Positions 28,151-40,538 of a stretch of 64,000 nucleotides of DNA are shown piece after piece (the first letter of the stretch is position 1; the number at the start of each line of letters is the position of its first letter). Source of the DNA: Podarcis pityusensis (lineage: Eukaryota). The stretch lies in the NCBI GenBank assembly GCA_964106645.2, contig OZ067039.1; one strand, given 5' to 3'. Both the position numbers and the translations under genes were made by a program. A model generated the notes under the pieces. The model made no database searches. It saw only the letters and a list, made by a program, of their open reading frames with translations, and was not told the origin of the DNA.

Positions 28151-28182
28151 ACTACCCTCTAGAAATCCATGACTCTTTAGTA

Positions 28183-28457
28183 CAGGCATGTCCAACATCC
28201 GTTTCGGGGGCCTAATCTGGCCCGCCGTTTGATTTAATCCAGTCCCCGTAGCAGTATACGTCCTGGGGTAAAATCCTAAAAAAAAAAAGCCCAACAACTG
28301 CAATCCTAAAAACAGCTCAACAACCTTGGGGTCAACTTCAATCCTAAAAACTCAGCAACTTCAATCCTAAAAAAAAAGTTTAACAACTTTGGTCGGCCCT
28401 CACGCATGTTCACTTCATCAAATCTGGCCCTCCTTGAAAAAAGTATGGGCACCCCTG
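28183..28457. mobile_element. hAT MITE with internal tandem repeats
   Basis: TIRs CAGGCATGTCCA / TGGGCACCCCTG; 8-bp TSD ctttagta/ctttagga; repeated GGCCC subterminal motifs; four AATCCTAAAAA units. Confidence 0.8.
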
Positions 28458-28962
28458 CTTTAGGATGTTAATATGCCTAAACTGCCTCAAAAAAACAAGA
28501 GCCCAGTACCTGTGTTCATTCCTCCCATGTTCACTCCTCTCCCAGTTGTTCATTAGTAGCAAAGATATCAAGTTCTGGGATTGTCAAAACACCAGAGAGA
28601 GAGGAAGAGCTCTGTAATGAGATCATCATTCAGCCCCTATCGTGGGTGAGGGCCAGTTTAAGCTTAGGGATGTCCACAGTACATATTTATTTATTTTTTA
28701 TTTCCATTTATTAATTTCTTCCTTTCAAATATCTCAAAGCAATCTTAACAACAATTTTTTAAAATTATTTAATTTAAATTAAATAATTAGTAAATTATTT
28801 GAAGTTCATTCTAGGCATAATTGCACAGTGATGTACCGTTTAAACATCATACATAATATGTGGGTGTATAATGAACGAAATCTGGAAGTTAATGCCACTT
28901 TTGGCATATAAATCATTTAAACTTTGCTGTGGAATCCTGAAAGGCGTGTTTGGAGCATGCCT

Positions 28963-28987
28963 ACACACACACACACACACACACACA
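28963..28987. repeat. (AC)n microsatellite
   Basis: Direct reading. Confidence 0.95.
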
Positions 28988-29263
28988 ACCGTTGCATAAC
29001 TTCTGGAATACTTAAGATTTGGACACTTGTGACTTGAACTCCAGTGCTTTGTAAATAATCATACTGAAGGATTCTCAAAGACTAAGAAAATAAGACAGAA
29101 TAATGTAAGAAGTGCAATATGTCTACCAACAGGTTTAGCACATGGAATTAAATGTATCAGAGATAGCCACATTTAATTTGCCTGTCTTGGTTGTAGTGTA
29201 TTTTACAGTGTTGTTTTCCATCCCTCATAAAAACAACTTACTTTTTGCAATATGTTTACTTAG

Positions 29264-29431
29264 GCTTGCTATGGAATCCTGAAAGTTCCCATCGGAAACT
29301 GGCTTTGCCGAACCTGTGCCCTTGGAGTCCAGCCAAAGTGTTTACTCTGCCCAAAGAGAGGGGGAGCTCTGAAACCCACCCGGAGTGGGACAAAATGGGT
29401 CCACGTTAGCTGTGCCTTATGGATACCTGAA
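29264..29431 (+). CDS. JADE2: JADE2 coding exon, end of PHD1 plus zinc knuckle ([56 protein letters not shown])
   Basis: Not in the ORF track; translated by hand. Acceptor acttag|GCT and donor GAA|gtaaga; 168 nt, phase 0-0. Confidence 0.97.
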
Positions 29432-29892
29432 GTAAGACACTAAATGACTTTCTAAGTGGTAGGTAGATGTGATGTAGATGAGATATATTTGGATTTCACC
29501 ATGCCAGGTACTGTCCGGAACCATCACCTGTCATTCATGCCAAGGATTATGTTGACCATACAGGACTTAAGGATGCCTGAAATTAAAAGCTTATGGTTGT
29601 TGAGCACTGTGATCTCTAAACAGTCCATTCAGACATTCAGAACCTTCTCCATGCAATGTGCTATAATTATCCCCAGGGCTATTCACACTGCAGTTGTAAC
29701 ATGCATTGCAGGCATTCCATGGATACACCTGCAGTTTCCTGGTAGCAGTTTTCACAGTTTAATTGTGTTTCACACATTACATGGTTGATGTGTCGAATTT
29801 AGTTTGTAACAGAGCCACCCTTAGAGTTCTGTTCTTATCCTTTGAGAAGATACAGGATGGCCAATAATTGGTGTGTTCTGTGTTGTGCTCAG

Positions 29893-30009
29893 GTTAGCAT
29901 TGGATGCCCTGAAAAAATGGAACCCATTACGAAGATATCACATATCCCAGCAAGCAGATGGGCTTTGTCATGCAGTCTTTGCAAGGAGTGCACTGGAACA
30001 TGTATTCAG
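29893..30009 (+). CDS. JADE2: JADE2 coding exon, start of PHD2 ([39 protein letters not shown])
   Basis: Acceptor gctcag|GTT and donor CAG|gtaagc; 117 nt, phase 0-0. Confidence 0.97.
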
Positions 30010-30169
30010 GTAAGCAGTTATGTGTAGTCGAACTGTGCACCACCCATATCAGAAAGATAAAGAAATTGTTTTAATGAAATGCGTGTAGAGAGTCACTGGC
30101 AAATAATATACACAAGCAACCAAAAGGCGCAACCTGTTAGGCCTTGCTGGGGGTTTATAACTTTTGTTA

Positions 30170-30880
30170 TAACTTTTGTTTATTTATTTATTTCATTTCT
30201 ATACCACCTTTTTCTTCCAAGGAGCTCAAGATGGTGTACATGGGTGTGTGTCCCTGTCAGAATGCTAGGTGGTAGTTGCTCGTGAGTAACCAGGCAGGAC
30301 TCTGACCTGTCTTTTACAGGTTTTATTGTGCAAACTATATACAGTGAAGATACACAAGGTTCATGTCCGTCTTAGTCACTTAGGCAGAATCCAGGAGTTG
30401 CCCCTTCCGGCTTCTCCCCCAACATAAGAACTTAGACACCCCAAATCTCCACCTCCCCTCCTTGTGTTTCACCCCTCTGCGCAAGCGTGGCAACGGAAGT
30501 GGCGTGTGTGCCTCCTGGCCAGCCGGGCTAGGTGAGGCGCTTGGGCTCTCAACAGCATCTTCGAGCCCTCTCCTCACTTGGCTGGCCCCTTCCCTCTCTT
30601 CTCCACTGGAGGTGTGGCTTTTCCCCTTGCTGGAAGAGGAACTGCTCCTTAGAAGCATTGGAGGCTCCCTGTATCCCGACAGTGTCTCTGCCTCTCTCCC
30701 CTGTTCCAATGGCAGTCACCTGACACCCCCCCCCCCAAATTTTCATCCTCACAACAGCCCTGTGAGGTAGGTTAGGCTAAGAGATGGTGACTGGCCCAAG
30801 GTTACCCAGTACGCTTCTTGACTGAGTGGGCGAACCCTGGTCTCCCAGGTCATAGTCCAACCTGCTAACCATTATGTTAC
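30170..30880 (-). mobile_element. MIR/CORE-like tRNA-derived SINE split by the LTR (30170-30254 and 30726-30880)
   Basis: CCTCACAACAGCCCTGTGAGGTAGG..TGACTGGCCCAAGGTTACCCAG core; (TTTA)n tail on the left piece. Confidence 0.65.
30255..30725 (-). mobile_element. Solo LTR (Gypsy-like), copy B, inserted into an older SINE
   Basis: Perfect 6-bp inverted termini TGTCAG..CTGACA; minus-strand AATAAA near 30323-30328; flanks tccc/cccc; homologous to 80-534. Confidence 0.8.
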
Positions 30881-33250
30881 TTTACATTGACCTCACTGGC
30901 TTTTATCTCATGTGCAGCTTTTAGTTGGAAGGGAAAGGAGAGGGACTCCCCCTCTTCTCCTCTCCCAGTGTCTCCATGGAGTCAAGGGGGTTTGTGTGTA
31001 AATTATTTCCCTTCCTGTCAGGTTTTGCAGGAGGTAGCAGTAGAATGTTGGTCTTTTTTATCTTTAGTTCCCAGGTAACAAGAAATGCCACTGAATACAG
31101 TCAAGTGTTCTTTTCCACTTCTTTTATCACAGTATTTTATCTTATCCAAGCTCACTTTGATCTCTAGGAAGATTACCGAAGTGTTGATCTCTGGGTCCAA
31201 AGGGAGGATCTGTCAAAGATTGTTTGTATGTTGAGGCTGCAACTGTGTGAGACAGCTATCTGGTGGAAGGAAAGTCATGTGCTATATGAACAGAAAGTGT
31301 GAAGCCACCACCATAACGTTTGGGGCATTGTAAGGGAGAAATTTTAAAGCAATCCCTTTTAGCCTGAAGTGAAAGCTCTCACACATGTTTCATTAAATCT
31401 TTCCAACATTTGATTCAATTCCATTTGCGATGGCTCTGGGTGGATCTGCTTATTCACCCTGCCAGATGGAGATATTCTGTCATAATGGCAACTGCTTTTG
31501 AAGAACGGAAGGGCAGGGAAACGAGACGGCTACACTTGGCAGCGTTGGGGGGGGTAGGAAGAAAAGGAAGAATTCAGTTTTCTCTGAGACTTCATCCTCT
31601 TAGCTCTGGCTCGCGTGTTAGTTTTGAAATGCTCTGAGCTGAGTGGATTTGCATGAAAGGTCACCTGAAATGGAAAACAGGGTTTTATTGTCTCCTTTGC
31701 TGACATCCCACATTTCATAAGTCTTCATAAGACTGACAGTTAAGCTTTTGTTGGCACTGGCCTCGTAAGAGGGAGAACATTTTCACCAAAAGAAGGAATG
31801 AAAGAAATATGTAGATGATTCATTTGTTTAAACGTTTAAGCAATGACTAAGCATCAAACTGAAACATGGGGGGGGGGGGATTAGAATTTAGATCTGCCCC
31901 CACTCTCATCACATTAGGATTGCAAATCTCATTATTTGTGTTGATGTAGCATCTCCATCTGGGTTTGCTTATGCAGGTGAAATTTAGCATAGAAGACTCC
32001 ACAATAGCTTTATAAAATAGCTTTTGGCCAAGGGCGGGGGGTAACTTTCCTGAAACCTTCCAGGCAAAGGGATCAAAATTCATGCAGCTCAGTGAAAGTG
32101 ACAATAGCCAGGGACTTAGTGGAGAAAAGTAATGGAGTAGGTAATGGAGTAATGGGGTTGCTAGGAATTGTGTTACTTGTTTTTATAATCGTATACAAAT
32201 CCTTCCTCCTTTACTTGTATGATTATATTACTATAACCCACCCTGGAACCTTATGGTGAAGGTCAGATAAAAACTATTATAAATACATTTGTTGTTGTTA
32301 AATTTATTACCCACCTTTCGCCAACAGGTCTTGGGGCGAGTTTCAACAATCTAAAATTAAGAATTAAAAACAGTTTAAACAGTTTTCAGCCATAGGAGTA
32401 CCTTGGGCTCACAGGCAGAGCTGTGTCTTGAGCATTCTCTGAATACTCTATAATGAAGAAGCCACATGCACCTCTGTAAGAGGGGCAGACACAGAGAATG
32501 CCCTCTCCTGGGAGGTGGCGCTACCAAGAGGGCCGCCTCTGCTGATTTTAACATCTGGGAAGTCCTGTAGGGAAGGAGGTGGTCTGGGAGATAGTACCTT
32601 TAGGCAAGGCAACATCAGTGCAACTACACTGGTTTAGAGGTTCAACAGTGATACAGAGGATCATTCACAATAACCACGTTGGCGGGTAGACATATGACTT
32701 TGGTTTTCAAAGGGGCAGGGATATGCAAGAGTACAGTACTAAACAATTCCCTTTTTGAAGACTACGTCTACAACCCTATATACACATGAGTGTAAATCCC
32801 ACTGAACTCATTTGGGTGTTTTGAGTAGGATTGCACTATAAGACATCTCCCTCCATGGTTTTTTTCTGGGGGGGGGGGGATACATTTTTACTGCTTGCTA
32901 GAAATATTTGTGGTTGTGGTTATGATAACATTGATTGACTTGCACAGAATGCCCTCTCAGTGCCCAACCAGGAAGAGGTATTTGCCATGGAGATGGGAGT
33001 TATGGTCCAGCGCTACCTGGAGAACAGCATGTCACTGCCCTTAAACAATGAGATAGCAGTATTCCAGATAATCAACCAAGTTCTTTTTTGATAGCATCTA
33101 AGAATTGCTCTCTTTTACTCTGAGAGTAATCTCTCCTATTCTTAAAACTGATAATCTGTGGCCACTTAACATTCCAGTACTCCTGTGAATAAGGAAAACC
33201 AAACAACCCCAGTAACTCAGGGATTCATTATCCTAAACATTCATGGGTAA

Positions 33251-33535
33251 ACACTTGAGGTCCAGCACCAAGGGCCTTCTGGCAGTTCCCTCACTGCGAA
33301 AAGCGAAGTTACAGGGAACCAGGCAGAGGGCCTTCTCGGTAGTGGCGCCCGTCCTGTGGAACACCCTCCCATCAGATACCAAGGAAAGAAACAACTATCT
33401 GACTTTTAGAAGATATCTGAAGGCAGCCCTGTTTAGGAAGTTTTTAATGTCTGATATTTTATTGTATTTCTAATATTCTGTTGGAAGCTGCCCAGAGTGG
33501 CTGGGGAGGCCCGGCCAGATGGGTGTAGGGTAATA
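33251..33535 (+). mobile_element. L2-clade LINE 3' fragment
   Basis: Translates to LRSSTKGLLAVP..RAFSVVAPVLWNTLP..TFRRYLKAALF, the L2 ORF2 C-terminal motif, followed by the 3' UTR hairpin region. Confidence 0.88.
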
Positions 33536-36500
33536 TGAACATTAACACAATTCCCAACTCCTTCTACCTTTCAGTATATTCTTCCCTCCCCCCCACTCTG
33601 CTGTATGGTTTTATTCTGCTAGCTGGGCTGGAGGAGGGGAATAATGCATCAATAACGTCTTCATTATCACTTTAATGCAAGGTTCTTTGGTAGCTACTGC
33701 TGAACAGGTACTTTTCGTTGTTGACCTGTCAGCTCAGCTTGCTAATTATTTCCTATTTGCATTTCGGGCAGAGTCCCTGACAACTGCTACTTGCCATCTG
33801 TCAGAGGAAACCCAGGATGGGTGGCATTCTGTTTGTTTTATCTCTAAGGTAGCGCGGATAATCTTTCCTTCATAAAAGGGCACTGTGTAGGGTGTTGTTC
33901 TAGCAAAAGTCATAAACAATTTAATAATGATATTAATACTGTTTGTGACGCAAATAGGGAGGCGAGGGGAGAAACCGAGATGCATTTATTTCAAAGCCGG
34001 AGAGGTCCTTGCCCAGCTTTCATCTCAGCACTGCAGCTAGTTGTGTGCACAACAGCACAAAGGATCTTTCCAATCACTCATTTTAAAGTACACCCAGATG
34101 TTACTCCAATATAAACACAATTGGCTCCATCAGTAGCTATCTAGCTATGTATGCAGTAAAATTACAGCTTTGGCTACCGGACAAGAAAACTCAATCAAAG
34201 CTGTTTACTGCTGGCAAAAGCCTGTAACCTCAAAATGCAATAACACTTAGGAAAGTGACTCCGCTGCATCTTTTCAACATAGTCTCCCATCCCCAGCCCA
34301 GGTATTTATATCAGGCAGGCCTATGATAAAAACCGCATGATAGCAGAACAGCATTGCTTTACAAATCTGGGCACTGATACTGTGCATCCAGCAAAATGAA
34401 TGAAAACTCAATACTCCGATCCTTAGGTCATGTCTGTGTCAGTGCATCCCACCACACCTTATCCCTGCATGGAATGCAGTTTAAAATATTTGGTTAGATC
34501 TGCTGTTTAGGGGCTATCAGATCACCACCCTGGACAGATTTCTGTTAGTAGCTCCACAAGTGGCAGTGTCCCATAGCACTGTCATGGCTCTTTTGCCCTC
34601 CTTAAGATCCTGCAAATATGAGGACCAAATCTGACATGTCAGACCTCTTCGTTTAACCCTAGGTCTGCCCCAGTCACAGGGATACGGGTCTGCCTTTTTA
34701 GAGGAAAGGGAGATGCTCAGGTGAGGGGAAAGTGAACTCTCTTTGCCCCAACCTCTTATATTCCCTTAGCATCGTCTCACCAGATGTTTTTCCTGGAGCT
34801 CAGCAGAGGAGAAAAGCACCTTAAGGGACCAGTGGGGCAGAGATAAAGCTGCACAGAGTGTGCATTTAAAACTGAACATAAAATTGTTTTTCCTCTTCCC
34901 TGAAATGCCCTCACACTCAATTGAGTACGTGTAGTATCCCGAAACGCTTCTCAACATCCTTCAGGAAGTGTCCCCTTGCGTTAATGCGATCATTCAAGCT
35001 GGAGCAACCATGGTTCTTAACAAATATATCTGAACTATGTAAACTGCTCAGTGTGGTGTCTTCAGCAATAAGGTCTTCAGAACAGCTCCTTATTGCTGTT
35101 TAACTGGCCATTAGCAGCTGGAATAGACTGATTTCTTATGGGTTATGGCTTAAATAATTACCTGACACTCGGAGCTATTAAAAAACAGTTAATGAATAGT
35201 GGGTGGATCCATGAGGAGACAGCAGAGTTACATACAGCTAGCTGGGGAATGTGTTATATTGGGTAGGAAATGGCACTTCAGATGTTGCTGCCTGGGGGAG
35301 GAGGGGGACAGAACAAATTAGATAGGGAGGGCTTTAATAAAATTGTTTGTTTTTTTTTCTTTAAAAGAACTGTTGACAGCTATTTAGCGACTGCAATGAG
35401 CGTTAATCAGTTAATTTTTATGTTACTAGCTTGCCGAAAGCTTGAGGCTCACTTTTTTGTTCTCTTTCTTTTTAATATATAATTAGAGGACATATATCAA
35501 AGGGGAAGATACTGTTAAAGGTCCAGTCTTTCCAGGGGCATTGCAAGCCCCCAAGAGTGTAGATTTATTCATGAACTTGTGACCCAGTCTGCGACCCAAA
35601 AATCACATTAGCTAAGGTAGTTCAAAAAGAACAGAACACTGTGGTAGAAACTCTGGTCTCACCACCACCCTCATAAACACACAATAATATAACATGAGTG
35701 TTTCAGAAGGGCAAATGTATGCTTCAGCACCATTAGTACATTTGTTGCTCTGCTTTATAGGCAAAATCTCAACCAGAATTATTTGGGGAGTGGGGGAGAG
35801 TATCTAAAGTCCATTTTCTTTCTACTGTTACTGCATTTTAGTACAAAACAAAAAGCAACCCACTCATTTATCAGAACTTCTCCATACCTTGCTCCTTTTA
35901 TACTAGGGTTGCACAGCCTGTGGCTCTCATCACCACTCACCATTAGCCTTGCTGACTGGGGTGGATGTTTGTTGTGGCCTCAGAACATACTATGGAGGGT
36001 CACAGGTTCCTCTTCCCTGTTTTGGCACATGCACTCAGCTCTACTCAAAGGGTTAAACATATTACTTAGTTTAACAGGAGATTACTTTCTATGTCAGCAA
36101 TGTTTGTGTCATATATAAATACCCTCACCTTGGGTATTTACCTCCAGGAAACCAGTAGAACTATGTTTACCACTTTGAGCTCCTTGGAGGAAAGCTGGTG
36201 TATAAATGTAATAAAGAAAGTATCCTCAATTTTTTTTGACAGTGGCAAAAAAAAAAAAAAGTCCTATTCACCATTCAGACATTACAAGTAAAATGTTTTT
36301 TTCTGACACATTTTTATTGAATTCCGTTTTCCTTGCCCTTCCCTGTGTCACAGTGAAAAAAGGATTCTGCAGTGTTGGACATGTGGGATAGGTTTAAATG
36401 GGTAGGAGAGGATATATTGATTGCAATTTATCCCACCAGGCCCCCATGCGTGTGGGTTAGCAGAGTTTGAAAATCCCATCTTTGGCACCCCAATTAAAAG

Positions 36501-37259
36501 AATAGGAATTAGTCTTCTCCTTTGGAGAAATTTCAACTATAAAGTAAGCTGGCTTCCCCCTTCTTACCCCACTTAACAAAGAATCAGGCAACAACTTGTA
36601 ATGTAAGTTTAAAAATAAGATTTACCTACTTTATAATCATGCTTTGCTTCACAGCAACAGTAGCAGCAAAACCCCGTACCTAGAGCTGCAGCAAGCAGGG
36701 ACATGACTATATCCAGCACTAATCAAAGGAAGAGAGAAGAGAGAGGAACAGGAAGTACTATATGCTGCTTCCTCTCCAGGAGAGGAGGGGAAATGATGTA
36801 ACACACAGTTCTCTCTACCAATTGTATTTCTATGGTCTGAGTAGACACTCAGCAATTGCCTGTCAGCAGTACAGCTCTATGGTATTAGCCCCTTCTCATG
36901 CTAACTAACAAGGAATATGCATTAGTTACATTTGGCTGCTAATTTCCCACAGTTCCATAGTTCATGTTACCCCATGCTAATTAGTATTATATCATAGCTA
37001 GCTGACCTTTTGACCAGCACGCTGGCTTCAAGTATCAGTAACTTTCAAAATGTGGTAAGCAGGACAAAGGCATGGCCCTTGCGTTCTCTGAATAATTGGT
37101 CACCAGGGGAAAATATGGAGAGGAGAAATAAAAATCCTCCATCGCTCTTTTCTGATTTCCTACTTATCAGGATGTTAATGTTTGTGACATCCTACAGAAA
37201 TTGCATTAGCCCCTTGGAATCCTTTTGGATGAAAGGCAGTGTAAAAATAAACAAGCCAG

Positions 37260-37299
<40 letters not shown>
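37260..37299. repeat. (TAGA)n microsatellite
   Basis: About 10 perfect units. Confidence 0.95.
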
Positions 37300-37991
37300 A
37301 TGACCTGTACTTCCTCTGGGATGCAGCTTGTTAATGTGAAATCAGTGCACTCTTCCTGCCCTTCCCCCCCAGAGGAGAGGCCACCTGGACAAGTTTTAAG
37401 AAGAGCAAAGAAAACAGCAGATCTCATCTTTACCCCATTCCACATAGCACCTCTTCCTGGATGGGCTTTCATTCTATTTTTTCTAGAACAAGGCTTCTGA
37501 GTGTAATCAGTGGAAATATAATAAAAAATTGGGAAAACTTGGCCTGGCCATGCAAAATACCTGACCATCACACTGAGCCAATTTGGTGAGACACAGGATC
37601 AGCTGCACTGTATAATTAAATATCTCCTCAGCAAAATCAAGTAGATAGATCCCATGAGGAATGTTTACATGAAGGAAAAACAGCAAGAACATAAACGTAG
37701 TGTGTAAGCAAGCTGCAGTGTAGTGGATAGAAATGTACTGTGGAAGATGAATAGTGAGAGAGGGCATTATGGAGGGGTATTTTTCCATCTCCTCAAGAAA
37801 AGTGAGGGTCTGAACAGAGAGTAATGTGGATGTGGTACTTTCCACCATCACCCTCCGTTAATTTTACTGCTAGCTTTAATTACGGCAGGAAATTTTTTGC
37901 TGTTGGTACTCTTGTAAAAGTGATCCTAGTTGAAATGGTTTTGCAAGAATACTCAGGTCTTCGCTCTACTTTCTCCCCCTACCTGTTGCAG

Positions 37992-38453
37992 TGTTCCATG
38001 CCTTCCTGCATCACAGCCTTCCATGTAACATGCGCCTTTGAACGCAATCTGGACATGCGGACGCTTTTAGCAGAGAATGATGAGGTGAAGTTCAAGTCCT
38101 TCTGTCTTGAGCACAGCAGCGGTGCCACTAAACCACCAGACGAAGCACGGACGGATGCAGATCAAGGCAAGCTGGATATGGAAAAAGTAACGCTGAGGAA
38201 ACAGAAGCTCCAACAGTTGGAGGAAGACTTCTATGATCTTGTGAAGCCCTCTGAAGTGGCTGAGAACCTTGACTTGACTGAGGGGCTAGTTGATTTTGTC
38301 TATCAGTACTGGAAGTTAAAGAGGAAAGCCAATTACAACAAGCCTCTAATGATGCCCAAAACAGATGAGGTGGACAACTTGGCTCAGCAAGAGCAAGATG
38401 TGCTGTACCGACGCTTGAAGCTCTTCACACACCTCAGGCAAGATCTTGAAAGG
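37992..38453 (+). CDS. JADE2: JADE2 coding exon, end of PHD2 and domain II ([45 protein letters not shown])
   Basis: Acceptor gttgcag|TGT and donor AGG|gtgagt; 462 nt, phase 0-0; lies inside ORF 37824-38516. Confidence 0.97.
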
Positions 38454-39121
38454 GTGAGTAGAATTACAGGCTTTGTGAAATGTTCTGCTGTTCTACCGTT
38501 TCTAGTAATTCTTTAACTCCAGTGGCCTGATTATCCTAACAATCACTTTAAACTTCACAGCGCCCAGGCATAGCTTCTGTTCTGATCGCTATCTGTATAT
38601 TCATTTTCGTTACGATTTTTACTCAAGGAGTTCCATATTTTTCATTTGCCTGTCTAGATCATCCTTTTGTAAAGATAACGAGAAAGGCCCCAGCCTTCCT
38701 CTTTACCTTGGAGCTAGTGAGAAGGCAGAATTTGTCCCCACAGCTGAGTGAGCTTCCGAGGGTTCAGTACAACAGTGGAGAAGATCCCCACCCTCTCTCC
38801 AACTCAGAGAGGAAGGTTTGGCTGGCACATGGATCCTCTTGGCCACATGGGACCAAAATGAGCACCAAACTTTTCCTCCTGTTCCTTGGGTAGCTTGTGT
38901 GACAGAGTGAAGGACTCAAAGCACTTTTGTCAGCCAGAACCAAAACAAGTCCCTGCTCCTCTTCCCCAGGTGACAAATGAGGGCTGCAGTCCTGTGTATA
39001 TTTACCAGGGTTAGGCCGGAATGAACACAATCAAACTTTACTTCCATGTAAACCAGAAGTTGTGGGTCCATGCTTACTCCAAGCAAGCACAAAAATCAAA
39101 TGGAAAAATGGGGGTAGGAAT

Positions 39122-39183
<62 letters not shown>

Positions 39184-39188
39184 CGCGC
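39122..39188. repeat. Compound (TG)n(AG)n(CG)n microsatellite
   Basis: Direct reading. Confidence 0.95.
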
Positions 39189-39357
39189 AGAACAATACTA
39201 TCTGTTGTAGGTCCATGACATGGAGTGTCTGTCAGCACAGACCCATTGGCTTGGTTAGAATTAGCTCTTGAAAAGCTCAGTAGGGAAGTCAAATGCCCAT
39301 AAATCCTGCAGTCCCTTCCACCCCACCACACATTTTGGTCCCTCCTAAGCAAATTAA

Positions 39358-39714
39358 GGGACGTGGGTGGCGCTGTGGGTTAAACCACAGAGCCTAGGAC
39401 TTGCTGATCGAAAGGTTGGCGGTTCGAATCCCCGCGGCGGGGTGAGCTCCCGTCGTTCGGTCCCAGCTCCTGCCCACCTAGCAGTTCGAAAGCACCTCTA
39501 AGTGCAAGTAGATAAATAGGGACCGCTTTCTAGCAGGAAGGTAAACGGCGTTTCCGTGTGCGGCGCTGGCTCGCCAGATGCAGCTTCGTCACGCTGGCCA
39601 CGAGACCCGGAAGTGTCTTCAGACGGCGCCGGCTCACGGCCTCTAGAGCGAGATAAGCGCGCAACCCTAGAGTCGGTCACGACTGGCCGTGATGGGCAGG
39701 GGTACCTTTACCTT
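39358..39714 (+). mobile_element. Sauria SINE, full length, CpG-rich variant subfamily
   Basis: GGGACG head, B box GGTTCGAATCC, ACCTTT tail; perfect 12-bp TSD taagcaaattaa at 39346-39357 and 39715-39726. Confidence 0.93.
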
Positions 39715-40296
39715 TAAGCAAATTAAAAGCACACTGCTAGGATAGCATAGACAGAAGGGTATCTTTTCTCATTAAATTTATTATTTCCTTTGTGATTAAT
39801 TTTTATAGTAGGAATCAGTTTCTAGATAAGGCCAGGGAATGCTTTGTTAATAATCTTTTCAAAGGAGTGGTCAATGTTTGTGAAGTTGCTCAGTGTAACA
39901 ATTGATGATGGCAGACCTTCATCTACTTTTATTTTGCCCTACTTTTCCCCTGCTGTGTCTAGTGCAGGCTGTGCTGCCACATGCAAGACAGTAAAAGGAA
40001 ATTTATTAGAGTCCTGCTTTCTGAAGTTCCACGCTGCCAGAACTCTTGGACTCTTGTAAATTTCTCTTTTATTAGCTATGCATACAAAAACAAACAGTGG
40101 CGGAACCAACTGTGATGCTACAGAAAGTAGAGGAGATGGGGGCAGAGTTGGCACTGCATAAACAACTGAGGAGATGGAAGACACAAAACAGATTGCCTAG
40201 TGAACATCTCTTGAGAAAGGAAAACACAGAGAAGCAGAAAGGAAAAGCTAGGAATGGGAAGCAAAGAGGATTTAATAGTGCATGGGAATAAATGTA

Positions 40297-40538
40297 CAGT
40301 GGTACCTCGGGTTAAGTACTTAATTCGTTCCAGAGGTCCGTTCTTAACCTGAAACTGTTCTTAACCTGAAGCACCACTTTAGCTAATGGGGCCTCCCGCT
40401 GCTGCCGCGCCGCCGGAGCACGATTTCTGTTCTCATCCTGAAGCAAAGTTCTTAACCTGAAGCACTATCTCTGGGTTAGCGGAGTCTGTAACCTGAAGCA
40501 TATGTAACCTGAAGCGTATGTAACCCGAGGTACCACTG
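40297..40538. mobile_element. Tc1/mariner (Tigger/pogo-like) MITE, copy 1
   Basis: Perfect 18-bp TIR CAGTGGTACCTCGGGTTA; TA TSD; internal TAACCTGAA repeats. Confidence 0.92.

Noticed and set aside
534-30255. The two LTRs as ends of one 30-kb provirus
   Set aside because: They are too divergent, have separate flanks, and the interval contains JADE2 exons with no gag/pol.
40297-40538. Spaced TAACCTGAA repeats superficially like a CRISPR array
   Set aside because: Eukaryotic DNA; repeats are short, irregular and enclosed by TIRs with a TA TSD, so this is a MITE.
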